A DNA stretch of 64,000 nucleotides, taken from contig NMRA01000022.1 in assembly GCA_002633005.1 (NCBI GenBank), positions 991,357 to 1,055,356 of the forward strand. The letters run 5' to 3'. Position numbers and translations under genes: made by a program. The first letter of the stretch is position 1, and every line of letters starts with the position of its first letter. This document shows positions 50,101 to 60,325 of the stretch, one piece after another. The DNA is from Phoronis australis. Taxonomy: Eukaryota; Animalia; Phoronida. Under the pieces are notes generated by a model that made no database searches, was not told the origin of the DNA, and saw nothing but the letters and a program-made list of their open reading frames with translations.

Positions 50101-51037
50101 TAGCGAATTACACGGCAACAGTGGGAAAAGACCAGGGAGTATGAGTTTTTGATTGATTCCTGTGTTTAAATGGAAGATAGATTAATACCCAGTGCTGTAG
50201 TGGTAAAATTAGAAGTTAGGTAGGCGCCAAAAGCCCACCGTTTCACCTTGAACACTGATCGTAACTTATGGTGCGTAGGCACTACGTTCAAATGCCAAAA
50301 GGTGGTTGGCTACGACAACGTGCGCTTACGCTCCACTACAGCGCTATTAACGCCTGCATTTACAGGTGACAGAACGATGATTAGTTGAAATCATCAAAAC
50401 AGAGCTTAGTATCCTTTTATTTATAACTCTTACTGTCGCACTGAAAACACCCGTTTGCTCATGGCGGAAACCATGTGGTGCCGTTTAGATGTGTACACAG
50501 TCACTGTCTGGGACTTGCGCAACATTTTTAGTAATTATTTCTCTCTGGCCTTTCCAGGTTTTGACCTCCCCACGGTGAATCTACAGTACAACGGGAGAAA
50601 GTATCGGTATTTTTACGCAACCGGAGTTTTCGCTAAGGGCACATTTTCCAACACGGTTCTCAAATGCGATTTACAAACGAAGGAAGTGAAGACGTGGAAA
50701 GCTTCAGACACAGCTTTTCCCAGTGAACCTATATTTGTACCAGCACCGGACGCTGCTGAGGAGGACGACGGTACGTTTTACTCGTCACAGTAAATTAGCT
50801 TTCAATCAAAGTTCTACCAAACCTAAACTACACGACAAAAGTCTATTGCTGTTTACTAATTTTTTTGTCTTCACTATTCTCGCAGGTGTGGTGCTTTGTG
50901 GAGTCACCGATGTCTCGCCGGATGTACCCGACTTTTTAGTTCTTCTCGACGGAAAAACGCTAACAGAAATTGGCCGAGCGTCCATTCCGAAGAGTGCGCG
51001 GATTCCTCACGGATTTCATGGACAGTTTGTGCATTGA
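34999..51037 (+). CDS. Carotenoid cleavage oxygenase gene B (tandem paralog), 10 exons, ~539 aa
   Basis: Exons 34999-35119, 37562-37712, 38406-38513, 39826-39970, 40324-40474, 46730-46947, 48602-48847, 49751-49865, 50558-50770, 50886-51037 (1620 nt). Intron positions and phases match gene A. The four His ligands are intact ([22 protein letters not shown]). An alternative in-frame ATG at 34975 would add 8 aa. Confidence 0.95.
35681..35698 (+). promoter_or_regulatory. Candidate CTCF-type motif
   Basis: GTCCACCAGAGGGCGCAT closely matches the CCACCAG(A/G)GGGCGC core. Motif match only. Confidence 0.35.
37562..37712 (+). CDS. Carotenoid oxygenase B exon 2
   Basis: [17 protein letters not shown]...HLFDGM... 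Confidence 0.95.
37993..38258. mobile_element. MITE with 5-bp TSD (GACAT)
   Basis: GACAT|CATGGGCGCAGCCAG ... GGCTGGATGCGCGCATG|GACAT. Confidence 0.7.
38406..38513 (+). CDS. Carotenoid oxygenase B exon 3
   Basis: YLRSDSF...[17 protein letters not shown]. Confidence 0.95.
39826..39970 (+). CDS. Carotenoid oxygenase B exon 4
   Basis: [17 protein letters not shown]...ETPYIRKF...LDTLEK. Confidence 0.95.
40324..40474 (+). CDS. Carotenoid oxygenase B exon 5
   Basis: [22 protein letters not shown]... Confidence 0.95.
41013..41262 (+). pseudogene. THAP zinc-finger domain remnant (N-terminus of a transposase)
   Basis: RCIVPACPN...FFRLPREP...W...RVCGRHF has the C2CH THAP signature with conserved P, W and F. 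No in-frame ATG before the first Cys and no catalytic domain. Confidence 0.85.
41262..41425 (-). pseudogene. KolX / P2X7-C-terminal-like protein N-terminal remnant
   Basis: Minus strand reads MATR...SSSDEDF...[11 protein letters not shown], with frameshifts. YxFEP after an acidic stretch is typical of this family; the orientation is convergent with the THAP ORF. Confidence 0.55.
45178..45594 (-). mobile_element. Internally deleted Tc1/mariner-superfamily element (DUF4817-type N-terminus)
   Basis: TA flanks; TIRs CAAAGTGTCCCAAAATGTTCACAC / GTGTACATTTTTGGGGCACATCCTC; minus strand [21 protein letters not shown]-(frameshift)-NIEEVQRQ. A related terminus occurs near 44795-44850. Confidence 0.7.
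46730..46947 (+). CDS. Carotenoid oxygenase B exon 6
   Basis: ...[22 protein letters not shown]... Confidence 0.95.
47575..47720 (-). pseudogene. Degenerate THAP-like fragment
   Basis: YPKSEAQ...WINLCGR...LRIC..(H) resembles the FP...W..C..HF half of a THAP domain. Confidence 0.35.
48602..48847 (+). CDS. Carotenoid oxygenase B exon 7
   Basis: [11 protein letters not shown]...[18 protein letters not shown]...LRFVFPL. Confidence 0.95.
48955..49460 (-). mobile_element. Penelope-like retroelement fragment (RT palm, thumb and linker), degenerate
   Basis: WFRNLNDTF (cf. WxRYVDDTF), VYRKPT..DQYL.F.SHHP..HK..V...L..RA and PYVKGVS.KL.RI are PLE hallmarks; the fragment is frameshifted. Confidence 0.85.
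49751..49865 (+). CDS. Carotenoid oxygenase B exon 8
   Basis: [38 protein letters not shown]. Confidence 0.92.
50190..50346. mobile_element. hAT-like MITE
   Basis: TIR CAGTGCTGTAGTGG / CCACTACAGCGCTA; degenerate 8-bp TSD TTAATACC/TTAACGCC; second copy near 34160. Confidence 0.7.
50558..50770 (+). CDS. Carotenoid oxygenase B exon 9
   Basis: [20 protein letters not shown]...[18 protein letters not shown]. Confidence 0.95.
50886..51037 (+). CDS. Carotenoid oxygenase B exon 10 (terminal)
   Basis: GVVLCGV...[11 protein letters not shown]. Confidence 0.95.
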
Positions 51038-51195
51038 TTGCACTTTAATTATTTCGATTACTTTTTGTGTTCTAGATTCTAATGGTTGTTTAACATATTT
51101 CGAATAAGGTACTGTCTCTACTCAACACATGAGGACTGACGCAAACAACTGCTGAACGTGCATCCACTGTTTCGTTTGGAATATTAATTAGGTGA

Positions 51196-51205
51196 AATAA
51201 ATAAA
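51196..51205 (+). terminator. Candidate polyadenylation signal of gene B
   Basis: Overlapping AATAAA hexamers ~160 nt after the stop codon. Confidence 0.5.
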
Positions 51206-51274
51206 CCGAAAGCCCGTGGACATTTGCTGTACTTACCATAGGCGGATTTAGGGAGCTATGTCAGAATCTTACAT

Positions 51275-52200
51275 GGATGTCAACCAACTAGTTAGGTGTA
51301 CACCTTACTTGGATGACAACCAACAAGCACACGCCACCTTGTGGTTGGTTGACATCCAACATCCAATAGCTGCTCTACCCGGTGGTCAATTAAGAAGCTA
51401 TACAAAGGGACACATAGTTGGTTAATTGGTTGAGACCCAACACCTGCTCCCCCACCTGGTGGTCAAATCATGGAACTATGCAAAGGGTTGGTTAGTTGAT
51501 CACTGGCAGATACAGGTAGCATGTACTTAGTTGGTTGACATCCAACATCCAATAGCTGCTTCACCTGGTGGTCAAACGCTCACTGGCTGATACAGGTAGC
51601 ATATAGTTAGTTGGTTTACATCCAACATCCAATAGCTGCTTCACCTGGTGGTCAAACGCTCACTGGCTGATACAGGTAAAATGTAGTTACTTGGTTGATA
51701 TCTAACATCCAATAGCTGACCCACCTGGTGGTCAAACGCTCACTGGCTGATACAGGTAAAATGTAGTTAGTTGGTTGACATCTAACATCCAATAGCTGCC
51801 CCACCTGGTGGTCAAACGATCGTTGGCAGACACAGGTAACATAGTTGGTTGACATCCAACATCTAATAGCTGCTCCACCAGGTTGTTAAAACGATCACTG
51901 GCTGATAGAGGTAACATGTACATGTAGTTAGTTGGTTAACATCCAACATCCAATAGCTCTTCCACTTGGTGGTCAAGCGATCACTGGAAGATACAGGTAA
52001 CATGTAGTTAGTTGGTTGACATCTAACATCCAATAGCTGCCACACTGATGGTCAAGTCATGAAGCTACACGAAGGAACAGATAGTTGGTTAGTTGGTTGA
52101 CACCTAACATCCAATAGCTGCCCCACCTGGTGGTCAAATGATGAAGCTATACAAAGGGACAGGTAATGGTTAGTTTGATGACATCCAACATCAAATAGCA
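51275..52200. repeat. Minisatellite, ~80-bp unit, about 11 copies
   Basis: CACTGGCTGATACAGGTA recurs at 51581, 51661 and 51741; the unit includes GTTGGTTGACATCCAACATCCAATAGCTG..CACCTGGTGGTCAAA; edge units are more diverged. Confidence 0.95.
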
Positions 52201-52238
52201 AATTTTAAGTTGATTGCTAAGAAAACAATATACTTTAA

Positions 52239-53943
52239 AGGATAATGCAACACAAAAAACAACCTATTCTGTATCAATTTAGATAGAGTTGTTCTACTCG
52301 ATAACGACACGTTCGATTGCGTTAGCTGACACCTGACGACAGACAGAGGTATTGGAATTATCCAACGACGTCATTGATTTCACACGCAGTCTGTTCAGCA
52401 GTTCACAACGCGGGTTACTGGTGTCAGCTCTTGAATTCATCGTTTAACAACAATAAATCATCAAACTGCGATGTAAAACCCTTAAAAATACACTGAGTTC
52501 TTATAAAATCCTGTTGTTTTATTTCGCTGTTACGGATTTATTGGTATTTGGATACGCCATAGCCTACAAAGTTCGGCAGGCCAATTTACCAAGGTCCATA
52601 GCATGAGTTTGGGGTCTGTTCGGAGATAAATTCGAAATATTCTTCAGTGAAATACAGACAGGTTTGAACTGTGTTATTTAGACTTATGATTTTTTGAGTT
52701 CGAAACACACAAAACGCTTGTTGTCCCGACCAATGGCTCGGAACCCGATCAGGCCCGTCGCGGCCGGACTGACTCGTTATCCCGGCCAGTGGCGCGGAAC
52801 CCGATCAGGCCCGTCGCGGCCGCCAGGACTGGCACGAACATAAACCAGCTTGAGTTGGAAACTAAACCTCCAGTCACGACAAGACTACAATAGTAAGTCA
52901 AAGAAATTATGTGAATTAGCCGAGAAACTGAAAATCTACTTATTACTTGTCCGGGGCCGCGAAGTCGGGTTCCCCTTCCACAGACCGTCAGGGAAAAGGT
53001 TGTACAGTAATAATGATTTGAATAATCTATTAGTATTTCTAAATAAAGATTCCCCCAACATGTGACCATTGCAAATAAAATCGAGTAATTGTTTCACAAC
53101 AGTTTTCTGTCGGCAAGCACTGAATTAGCATGAGCTCACACGGCCTCGGTGCTCGGTCAATTACATTTATTGCCGACATCAAAATCCGGTAACTCAACGG
53201 AGTGGTTTATTCATTGCTGATTTCTCTACATTTGCTCTCACGAATACTGCAAAGGCATTACAAATTGTATCTAATGAGACAGACTTTGTTTCAGTTTTAT
53301 ATAAGCATTGGTTAGGATGAGAATAATTCATTTTGAAATAGAACGCAGAATAATAAAAGTCTACATGGCAACTCGCCGGGGCCAATCCCGACTGAGTTTG
53401 TCAAGAGCTCATCCGACGAAGACTTCACGGGTCGGATCCTTAGGTTTCACAGGCTATCAGCTGGAACCGGAATGCACTGATCGAGAAATACTAGAGAGGC
53501 GCCGTGAACATGCACAGGCAACGGAAAGTATGGATAGTTCTTTGGTAAGCCGGAATTCGTCAGAGAAAACACTGTCCACAAAATGCCGGCCACAGACACG
53601 GAGATGATTCACGGCCTCATACTTGCTATTAACATCGTACCTTTCATTCTTCACTACCGCGAGCCACATCCTAAGCATTCATTTCGGGCTCGGAGGAAGT
53701 CGAAGAAACGATATACCCGCTTTCTTCTCAGCTCCGTAGTTCGGACAAGCGGGAACGATGCACCGCGATATAGCGACATTCACTCTGCAGACGAACCACT
53801 GACGTCGCTGTGTCGTTTCTCACCTTCCTCACTGGTTAACGCGACACCTCTCGGCAAGGTAAGGTCGACCGTATAAGAGACGATTTGGATATAGACCGAT
53901 TAAGATGGTAAAAAAGATTAAATAAATCGAGTGGCATTCTCGT
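52239..53943 (-). mobile_element. Kolobok-type non-autonomous element, inverted copy of 40853-42522
   Basis: TTAA|AGGATAATGCAACAC ... GAGTGGCATTCTCGT|TTAA; THAP remnant on - (~53540-53772); KolX-like head on + from ATG 53365 (MATRRGQ...GYQLEPECT). Confidence 0.85.
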
Positions 53944-56900
53944 TTAAAGGAAAAGAAATTTATTTGAAAAGCAAAACATGTTCAAAAAGAAAATCTTAGA
54001 AAACAATTTAAATTTGAAAATACTTTGTATTTAAAATTGAATTTGTTCGTGAAAATGTCAGATATAAAAGAATTAAAAATTCTGAAAGTGAAACAGTTTT
54101 AAACCAAAATAAAATCATTATCAAATACGAAGTATTTTGCTTTATTTCTCCATTTTTTAAATAATTTTAAAATGAGAAAAAGCCCTTGGCTGCTACAGTT
54201 GATGAGTTCATGGGGAGAATTTCTTGCTTACACCGGTCACTGCTCAGATTCCCTTTGCCCCAGACAACTGTTATATGATGCCTATTCAGCTCGCCCTTTG
54301 TGTTGATGTAGATATCAGCTAATGAATAGGAAAGGTAATAGATAGAACTGCTGTCTCAACTATGATGTTTGTTATTTTACCCAAGTTCTAGTGCTGGCAA
54401 TAGTGTAGTAGCAGCTGAGACTGTTTAAGCATACAAAGACATGCAGGTCGGTAACTCAAAATAATCCTGTTTTAGCGACATGTATCGATTTGTGATATTC
54501 ATATTGTCCTATTCCCTTGTTAGAAAAAAACAGTTATTATTTACCAAACCTTCAAAGATTTCTTTTTGTAGGACCCTCCAGTATACGTGTATCTATTGCG
54601 AAACCGTGGAGAATATTCATCACACTCAGATCTGCTATAAAAGCGTATTTATATTCCGCAGGAACCTGCAAGATACGATTACCTGCTTAATTCACGACTG
54701 ACTACCACGGAGTCCGCCGGCCTGTAGTCTCCTGCACAGACCCTCGAGGTTGGTTGGGGTCTGTTACAGCGCACTTTTCCATATGCATTCTTGGAATATC
54801 ATTGGCTGTTCCGATTTCAAGAAACAAGGCATTCTGTTCGTCAGTTGAATAATAGGTCAAACTAGTTCACCAACATGGCGACTTCCAGTAAGGGAATGTC
54901 GATGGATTTACAGCTGCTTAAATCTCTCTATTCTCGTCAAACTCCCGCATTTCAAAGCTAACGAGTCAAGGAATACATCACCAGTAACGTATACGAAACA
55001 TTTAATGATAATTATTATCTTGTATACTATGCTGTATTCTGAAGTGATGTGATTTTTTACGAAATAATTTGTGGAAGAGATAGCCATTAGCTGATTAGGC
55101 CATCCACAAAAACAGTCATTTTAGGGCCAGGCACGGGAATTAAAGGAGTAGCTGAGTGCGTCGTGGCCACGGGAGATTGCCTCGATCTTTTCAGAGCACA
55201 CCATCTCGTATGTTAACATGTTCATGTACGTTATGTAAGCTCCCGTGATTACCGTGAAGGTTGAATTGGGTCAGATAGGGATACATGTATATGCTGAAAT
55301 ACTGCTATTCATGACATTGACATTGTCATTGGCACACTTTTCACTACCCACAGAAGTTAGGAGCATAAAAATACAATCAATGGTCCTAAACACGCAAACA
55401 TTGACCAGTCATGCAGTAGTTTTATAATGACTGACATCGCTTTTGGCGGTGCCATTCAGCAGTGCCTCTGACTGCCATCCTACAGTCGTACGGAGCATTC
55501 AGTTATTTCGGAGGGTGTTTGGTGCTGTGAAATTAGAATTATACACAGTCTTTGGTATAGTCAGCAAGATAAAACCTCACCGTTTTTTGAGTTGGCACAG
55601 TGATTAAAACTGACCCGTTTTGGTGAGAGCCTCAATGGAAGAGTCAACTTTTCTGATAACATAATTATGCAAACTTATTATTTACAGGGAATTGAATTTC
55701 AGCAAAAAGCTGCTAAAATGACTACTAGTTGCAAAAACATCTCACATTTCAAAATTGGGAGCTCGGGGGTACTTCAAAGATTTTATGCTGGGCCACTAAA
55801 CCCAAATTGACGGTTTCTTGTGCGTTTCTTGGGTTCATCCAGGCAATAGTCACTCACAGGCAATCCAAATTTTGATAACAAGTTTTAACGCCTGCTATTC
55901 AGTGAAAAACAGGTTCCTGTTATACTGTAGAAAACACTGGTTCTCAAGGTGGGGATGCCCTATATGTTACTATTACCATTATGTTTTGCTCAGTGTTTTG
56001 AGCAACATGCTAGTGTTTCATTCTTGTGGTTATGATCTACATAATACATCAGTGATTTTTGTCAACATTTCGGTCTTTTAAAACAGTTTCTCAAAATTAC
56101 AAATTTGACTCTTACTGAGGGGCCTCCTCGTGGCAAGAGTTGGGCAGTGTGAAATGCTTCAGAACATTCGCACTGGCAAACACCCTCACGTTGACATCAT
56201 TAATGTGTTCCTAGAAATAGTATACTCATAAGCTACAAAACACACTACATGCCAAGAAATTTATCTAACCATCGGGAACTTTATTTTGCTGATGTATTGA
56301 TTACAAATATGATTTAGTTTATCGATAGATTGAAGTACTAAGTCTATACATTAACATAGCCTTGGGCGCACAACAGGGCTATCCCCTACTCATTGCAAAC
56401 CCTACCCCTGATAGGAACTCATTTCAGTTTTGTTCTTGCCTAACTTCCCTGTCCTTGTCTCGTGTTCATGCCGTGCCTCCAAGTTGCCTCACATCACAGT
56501 CATTTGTTGTCAACAATTTCAAGTTTAGCAACCTCTTGAATAATTATGTCTACACCAGTGTTGCTACCTGGGAATAGGTTACTAAAGACCAGACTGTTAT
56601 TCAAGTTGCACATTCACTGCCTTGTGAAAGCATAAACCGGGCCATTATGAAATTAACACCTGGGCCCTGGGTTTTAACCCAGAATTATTTTTGTTATTTT
56701 CTGTTCTATTTTTGTTTGAATTCGAGATAAGTTTCTTTTATTCTATACTTGAATACTTATTGATGGCAATTAATGATCCCTGCATTACAGCTAAAAGTTT
56801 GAGTCTGAGTTCGAGGTTTTACTAGAAATCTTGAGGTTTTACTCAAATTTTAGCTCGAATCTAGTGGTCATTAAGTAGTATCTTGATCTCGCAAGGAAGT

Positions 56901-59032
56901 GGATTAGAAGTGACAAAAACAATTTCGAGATCGATTTAGATTAAAAGTTTCACTCTAGAGGTGTATTCCCAAAGCATAATCCCTTTTCAGGGTCTTAAAT
57001 CAATCCATATAAGACTGGGCTAGAATCTGTTTAGCCCAAAAAGCAGAATAATAAAACATCTGTACTAAACTGTGTTGACATTCCTTATCCACAAATTGTA
57101 CCATTTTTCAAGCTGATATTTACCCAAACTCTTTTTAGAACCGTCATGTACACTGTAACAATATAAGATTGGTCTGGTACAAATAATGTTGTTTCTGTCC
57201 AAATTAGTAGAAAAAATCACAAGCACATGAAGATTGGCATTGGATTTGGATACTAGTGTCTGATGTCAATATTCATGTGTGTGCTCGTGATTAGACTCTT
57301 GATCTTGTACTCTTCCTTACTGAGATTACATGTGGTATATTGGCTTCGGTTGAACGGGTAGTTTGTTATTGCTTAAGACCTGGTGCAATAACCATGGCTT
57401 TGAACAATAACAAAGTTTGAATTCTTTCAAGTCAACTAAGGAACAAGTTGAGACAGGGATATAAACAGGGCTTAGAATTTTCTTTTTTGTTTTTATTTCC
57501 TTTTATTCTTTTTCCAGCTTCTTTTTTATCATCATTTGTTTGGCTTGATTCGTGCAAAAACATTTATTTCAGTTTAATTTTACAACACAAAAATATTTCT
57601 TTCACACAAGTTTTTTGTGAAACGATACATCACCTTGAAAATTTTCCTCTTATAGTCATTCCAATTCCTGTATTTAGTGGTAAGTTGTTCAGATCAAAAT
57701 TTATTCTTTTTCACATTAGGCGCATTTATAGCAACTTTAAGGGATTTAATTCGAAGGAAATCTGGAAGCCAGAAGACACCATCTGATAAGCGCATTCTGA
57801 AATCGACAATTTTGCTTGTACTTTCCAAGATGTTCAACACACATTGTTAGTTATAGGGATAGGATTATTCCACCATTCTTGGCCTTTCAGAGTACCCTCC
57901 TAAAACCATTCCAAGGGGGTACTCCCACAGGTTTATACAAGACACGACACTCAACTGGGTGATTTTTCTCAAACAATTTCTCTTCAAAATGGTGCTTGAA
58001 AAAATCCCTACCAAAGCAAACTTTTTCCCATAAATACAACGGGTTTCACTCTGGAAGTTAAAAACACTGCAAATGGTACCTTTTTCCTACTGCAAAAGGG
58101 GTTTTAATACGATACCTGTATTTTTAAAACCTTGGACACCAGACTCATTTTTGACAACAGGGATCTCTGAGCCGACTTCTTCAAGCTTAATGGGTGAACA
58201 AGACAGCTGACAGATTTACTAAGGAAGGATTCATTTGTTAGCATTAGCTCTTATAAAAAGATTGCGCATTTGAAACATTAGGCTACAAGTTTATTGAAGT
58301 CCAAACCTCGGACCACAAACATAATGTTTTTTAGCCACTGTCTAAATGGGTGGAGATTTTTCTAGTGCTCGATTATGCACAAAGCTAAAGGTTAGGGCCC
58401 ATTTGGAACACCTCTCGTGTGTTTTCGTAGCTACAAATTTACCCTCGGATCAACTGGAGCACTTCGTCTATTTTCCTGTTTACATGTACAAATTTTTCTT
58501 AGAAACACTTCAGGTATTTTCGTAGCCTCAAATATCCTCTCGGAGATGAACGTTATCCAAAATATGGCAAGTCACGTGATTTTCAATCTTGACAATGAAT
58601 AGACAAACTGAAGTCCGCACACATGCAGAGAGCATTCACCTATTAGGTGAAATTGGAGGTTATGAAAACACCCGAGGTATTCTGGATGCCCTTGGAAGTT
58701 AATGTTTTCAGTGCATGCTCGAACTTTATGGCCAATCATTCTCCACTAAGTTTGATAATCACGCAGGTTAAATTCACCTCCAATGAGAAATTTGAGGCCC
58801 CGAATATACCCAAGGTGATCTGAATGGCTTAGGACCCTCAAGTTGTGCGGGGTCACACCTCAAAAAGGGAAATGGGAAGACAAAATTAGTATGTCAACAA
58901 GGTGAAGAGTGTAGCTTGAGAATTGTGGCTATACCTGGAGGGTCGAAAATTGTGGCGTTCTAGGGGGTGAATACTGTGTAGGCTGCGAAGTGGTGGAAAT
59001 TGGGTGCCTGCAGTATCTACTGTAACACTGTA

Positions 59033-59192
59033 CAGAGACGGATTGGGGGAAGGGAGGGCGGCAAGGGGGCCATGGCCTTGCCTAAAATTCTCCCAGATTT
59101 CATTTGGCACGTTTGGGGGTGCAAATGTCTGACGGGCAAAGTACTCTGCCCTTGCCCCTACCCCCTAACTCAAAATCCTGGATCCTCCCCTG
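59033..59192. mobile_element. MITE with 5-bp TSD (CTGTA), related to 1848-2004
   Basis: CTGTA|CAGAGACGGATT ... AAATCCTGGATCCTCCCCTG|CTGTA. Confidence 0.65.
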
Positions 59193-60210
59193 CTGTAAGA
59201 TCTTACAGCAGGGGAGGATCCAGGATTTCGGGACGTTTTCAATTCATAAAAAGCGTTCAAACAATGAAACTGAAAAAATGCCAAGTGAAAAGAGTGAAGC
59301 CATCGTTAATTTAGGTTTATTTTCCTAGTAAGGAATCGATAATTTCATGATTTTACTACACTTTGTTGGTAATATCACAATATATAAACAGCTACCTTAC
59401 CAGAGAGTTCCCCCCGACCGCAAGCACGACCTAGTCGCAAAATAACTTTTAGTGTCGCAACACCTAGCGATCTGATAACGTAATACCGGATGTCAGCATG
59501 CGCAGAGCAAACTTTTTGGTTAAAAATTGCCAGCTGAGAGCCAATGAAAACCATCGTTCTGTTGCGCTGTACCTGGGCCTTCACAAGCAATCCGTGACGT
59601 CAACTTGTGAGACCCGAGAACCAGGTTATCCGCCAGTGTCGACAAGGATGCAGCATTGCACTCGCTGGACAAGGACGCCTGTAAATCAGTATCGGGGTCG
59701 AGTTTCAGGGGTTGTATTCATTTTTTGCATTGGTTGTGATCGTTAACCTGCAATTTTTCATTTTAATAAACAAAATTGAAATTTGTCTTTCAATTTTACA
59801 TTGTAATGATGAAAGACATGGAAATCAATATCAGTAAAGCTAAGCTCTGCAGCATGCCACCAACGAATCGGGCGATTGCGTAAAAGGAAACGAGTGCACA
59901 GTAAACTATCAAGCTTTTTAGTGATACATTGCCTTGTCTGGACATTATCCTCTGTCTGTCCATCACAATGTGAAGGAATTATCAATGAGACCGATTGTTC
60001 TAAAAACCCCTCGACCCCCGCACCCCACAACCCCCTCGGATGCACGACTTGTGGGAATTTGTATACTTTTAAACAAGAAAAAACGCCAAAAATTGAAAAA
60101 ATTAAATTTATTTGTGACTTCATCAGTGGAAGTTCGATCTCCGCTAATTGTTTTGTTCTACACCAGCCGCGAGCTGCAGTGGTCTCGATAACTGAGTTCG
60201 ACTGAGTAGT

Positions 60211-60325
60211 ATGAAAAGTTGCATGTGCGGAGGATGCAGTAACAGCAATCAGACAGACAATAGTTCAGTTTTTGCATTTCCAAGAGACCCAAATATGGCC
60301 AAGAAATGGTAACGCTAAGTTCAGT
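60211..60325 (+). pseudogene. Truncated THAP domain (different family)
   Basis: MKSCMCGGCSNSNQTDNSSVFAFPRDPNMAKKW* has the M..C....C, F.FP and W pattern of THAP, followed by in-frame stops. Confidence 0.7.

Noticed and set aside
15042-51037. Naming the genes RPE65, BCO1 or BCO2 specifically
   Set aside because: Family membership is clear, but orthology cannot be assigned without a phylogeny.
51919-51926. TACATGTA in one minisatellite unit as independent proof of a footprint
   Set aside because: It is equally explained by slippage duplication of the adjacent CATGTA.
51275-52200. CRISPR-like array
   Set aside because: Whole 80-bp units repeat with no unique spacers, there are no cas genes, and the context is eukaryotic; it is a minisatellite.
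55183-55203. TCTTTTCAGAGCAC, resembling a histone stem-loop
   Set aside because: The 5' arm lacks the GG start and the stem does not pair.
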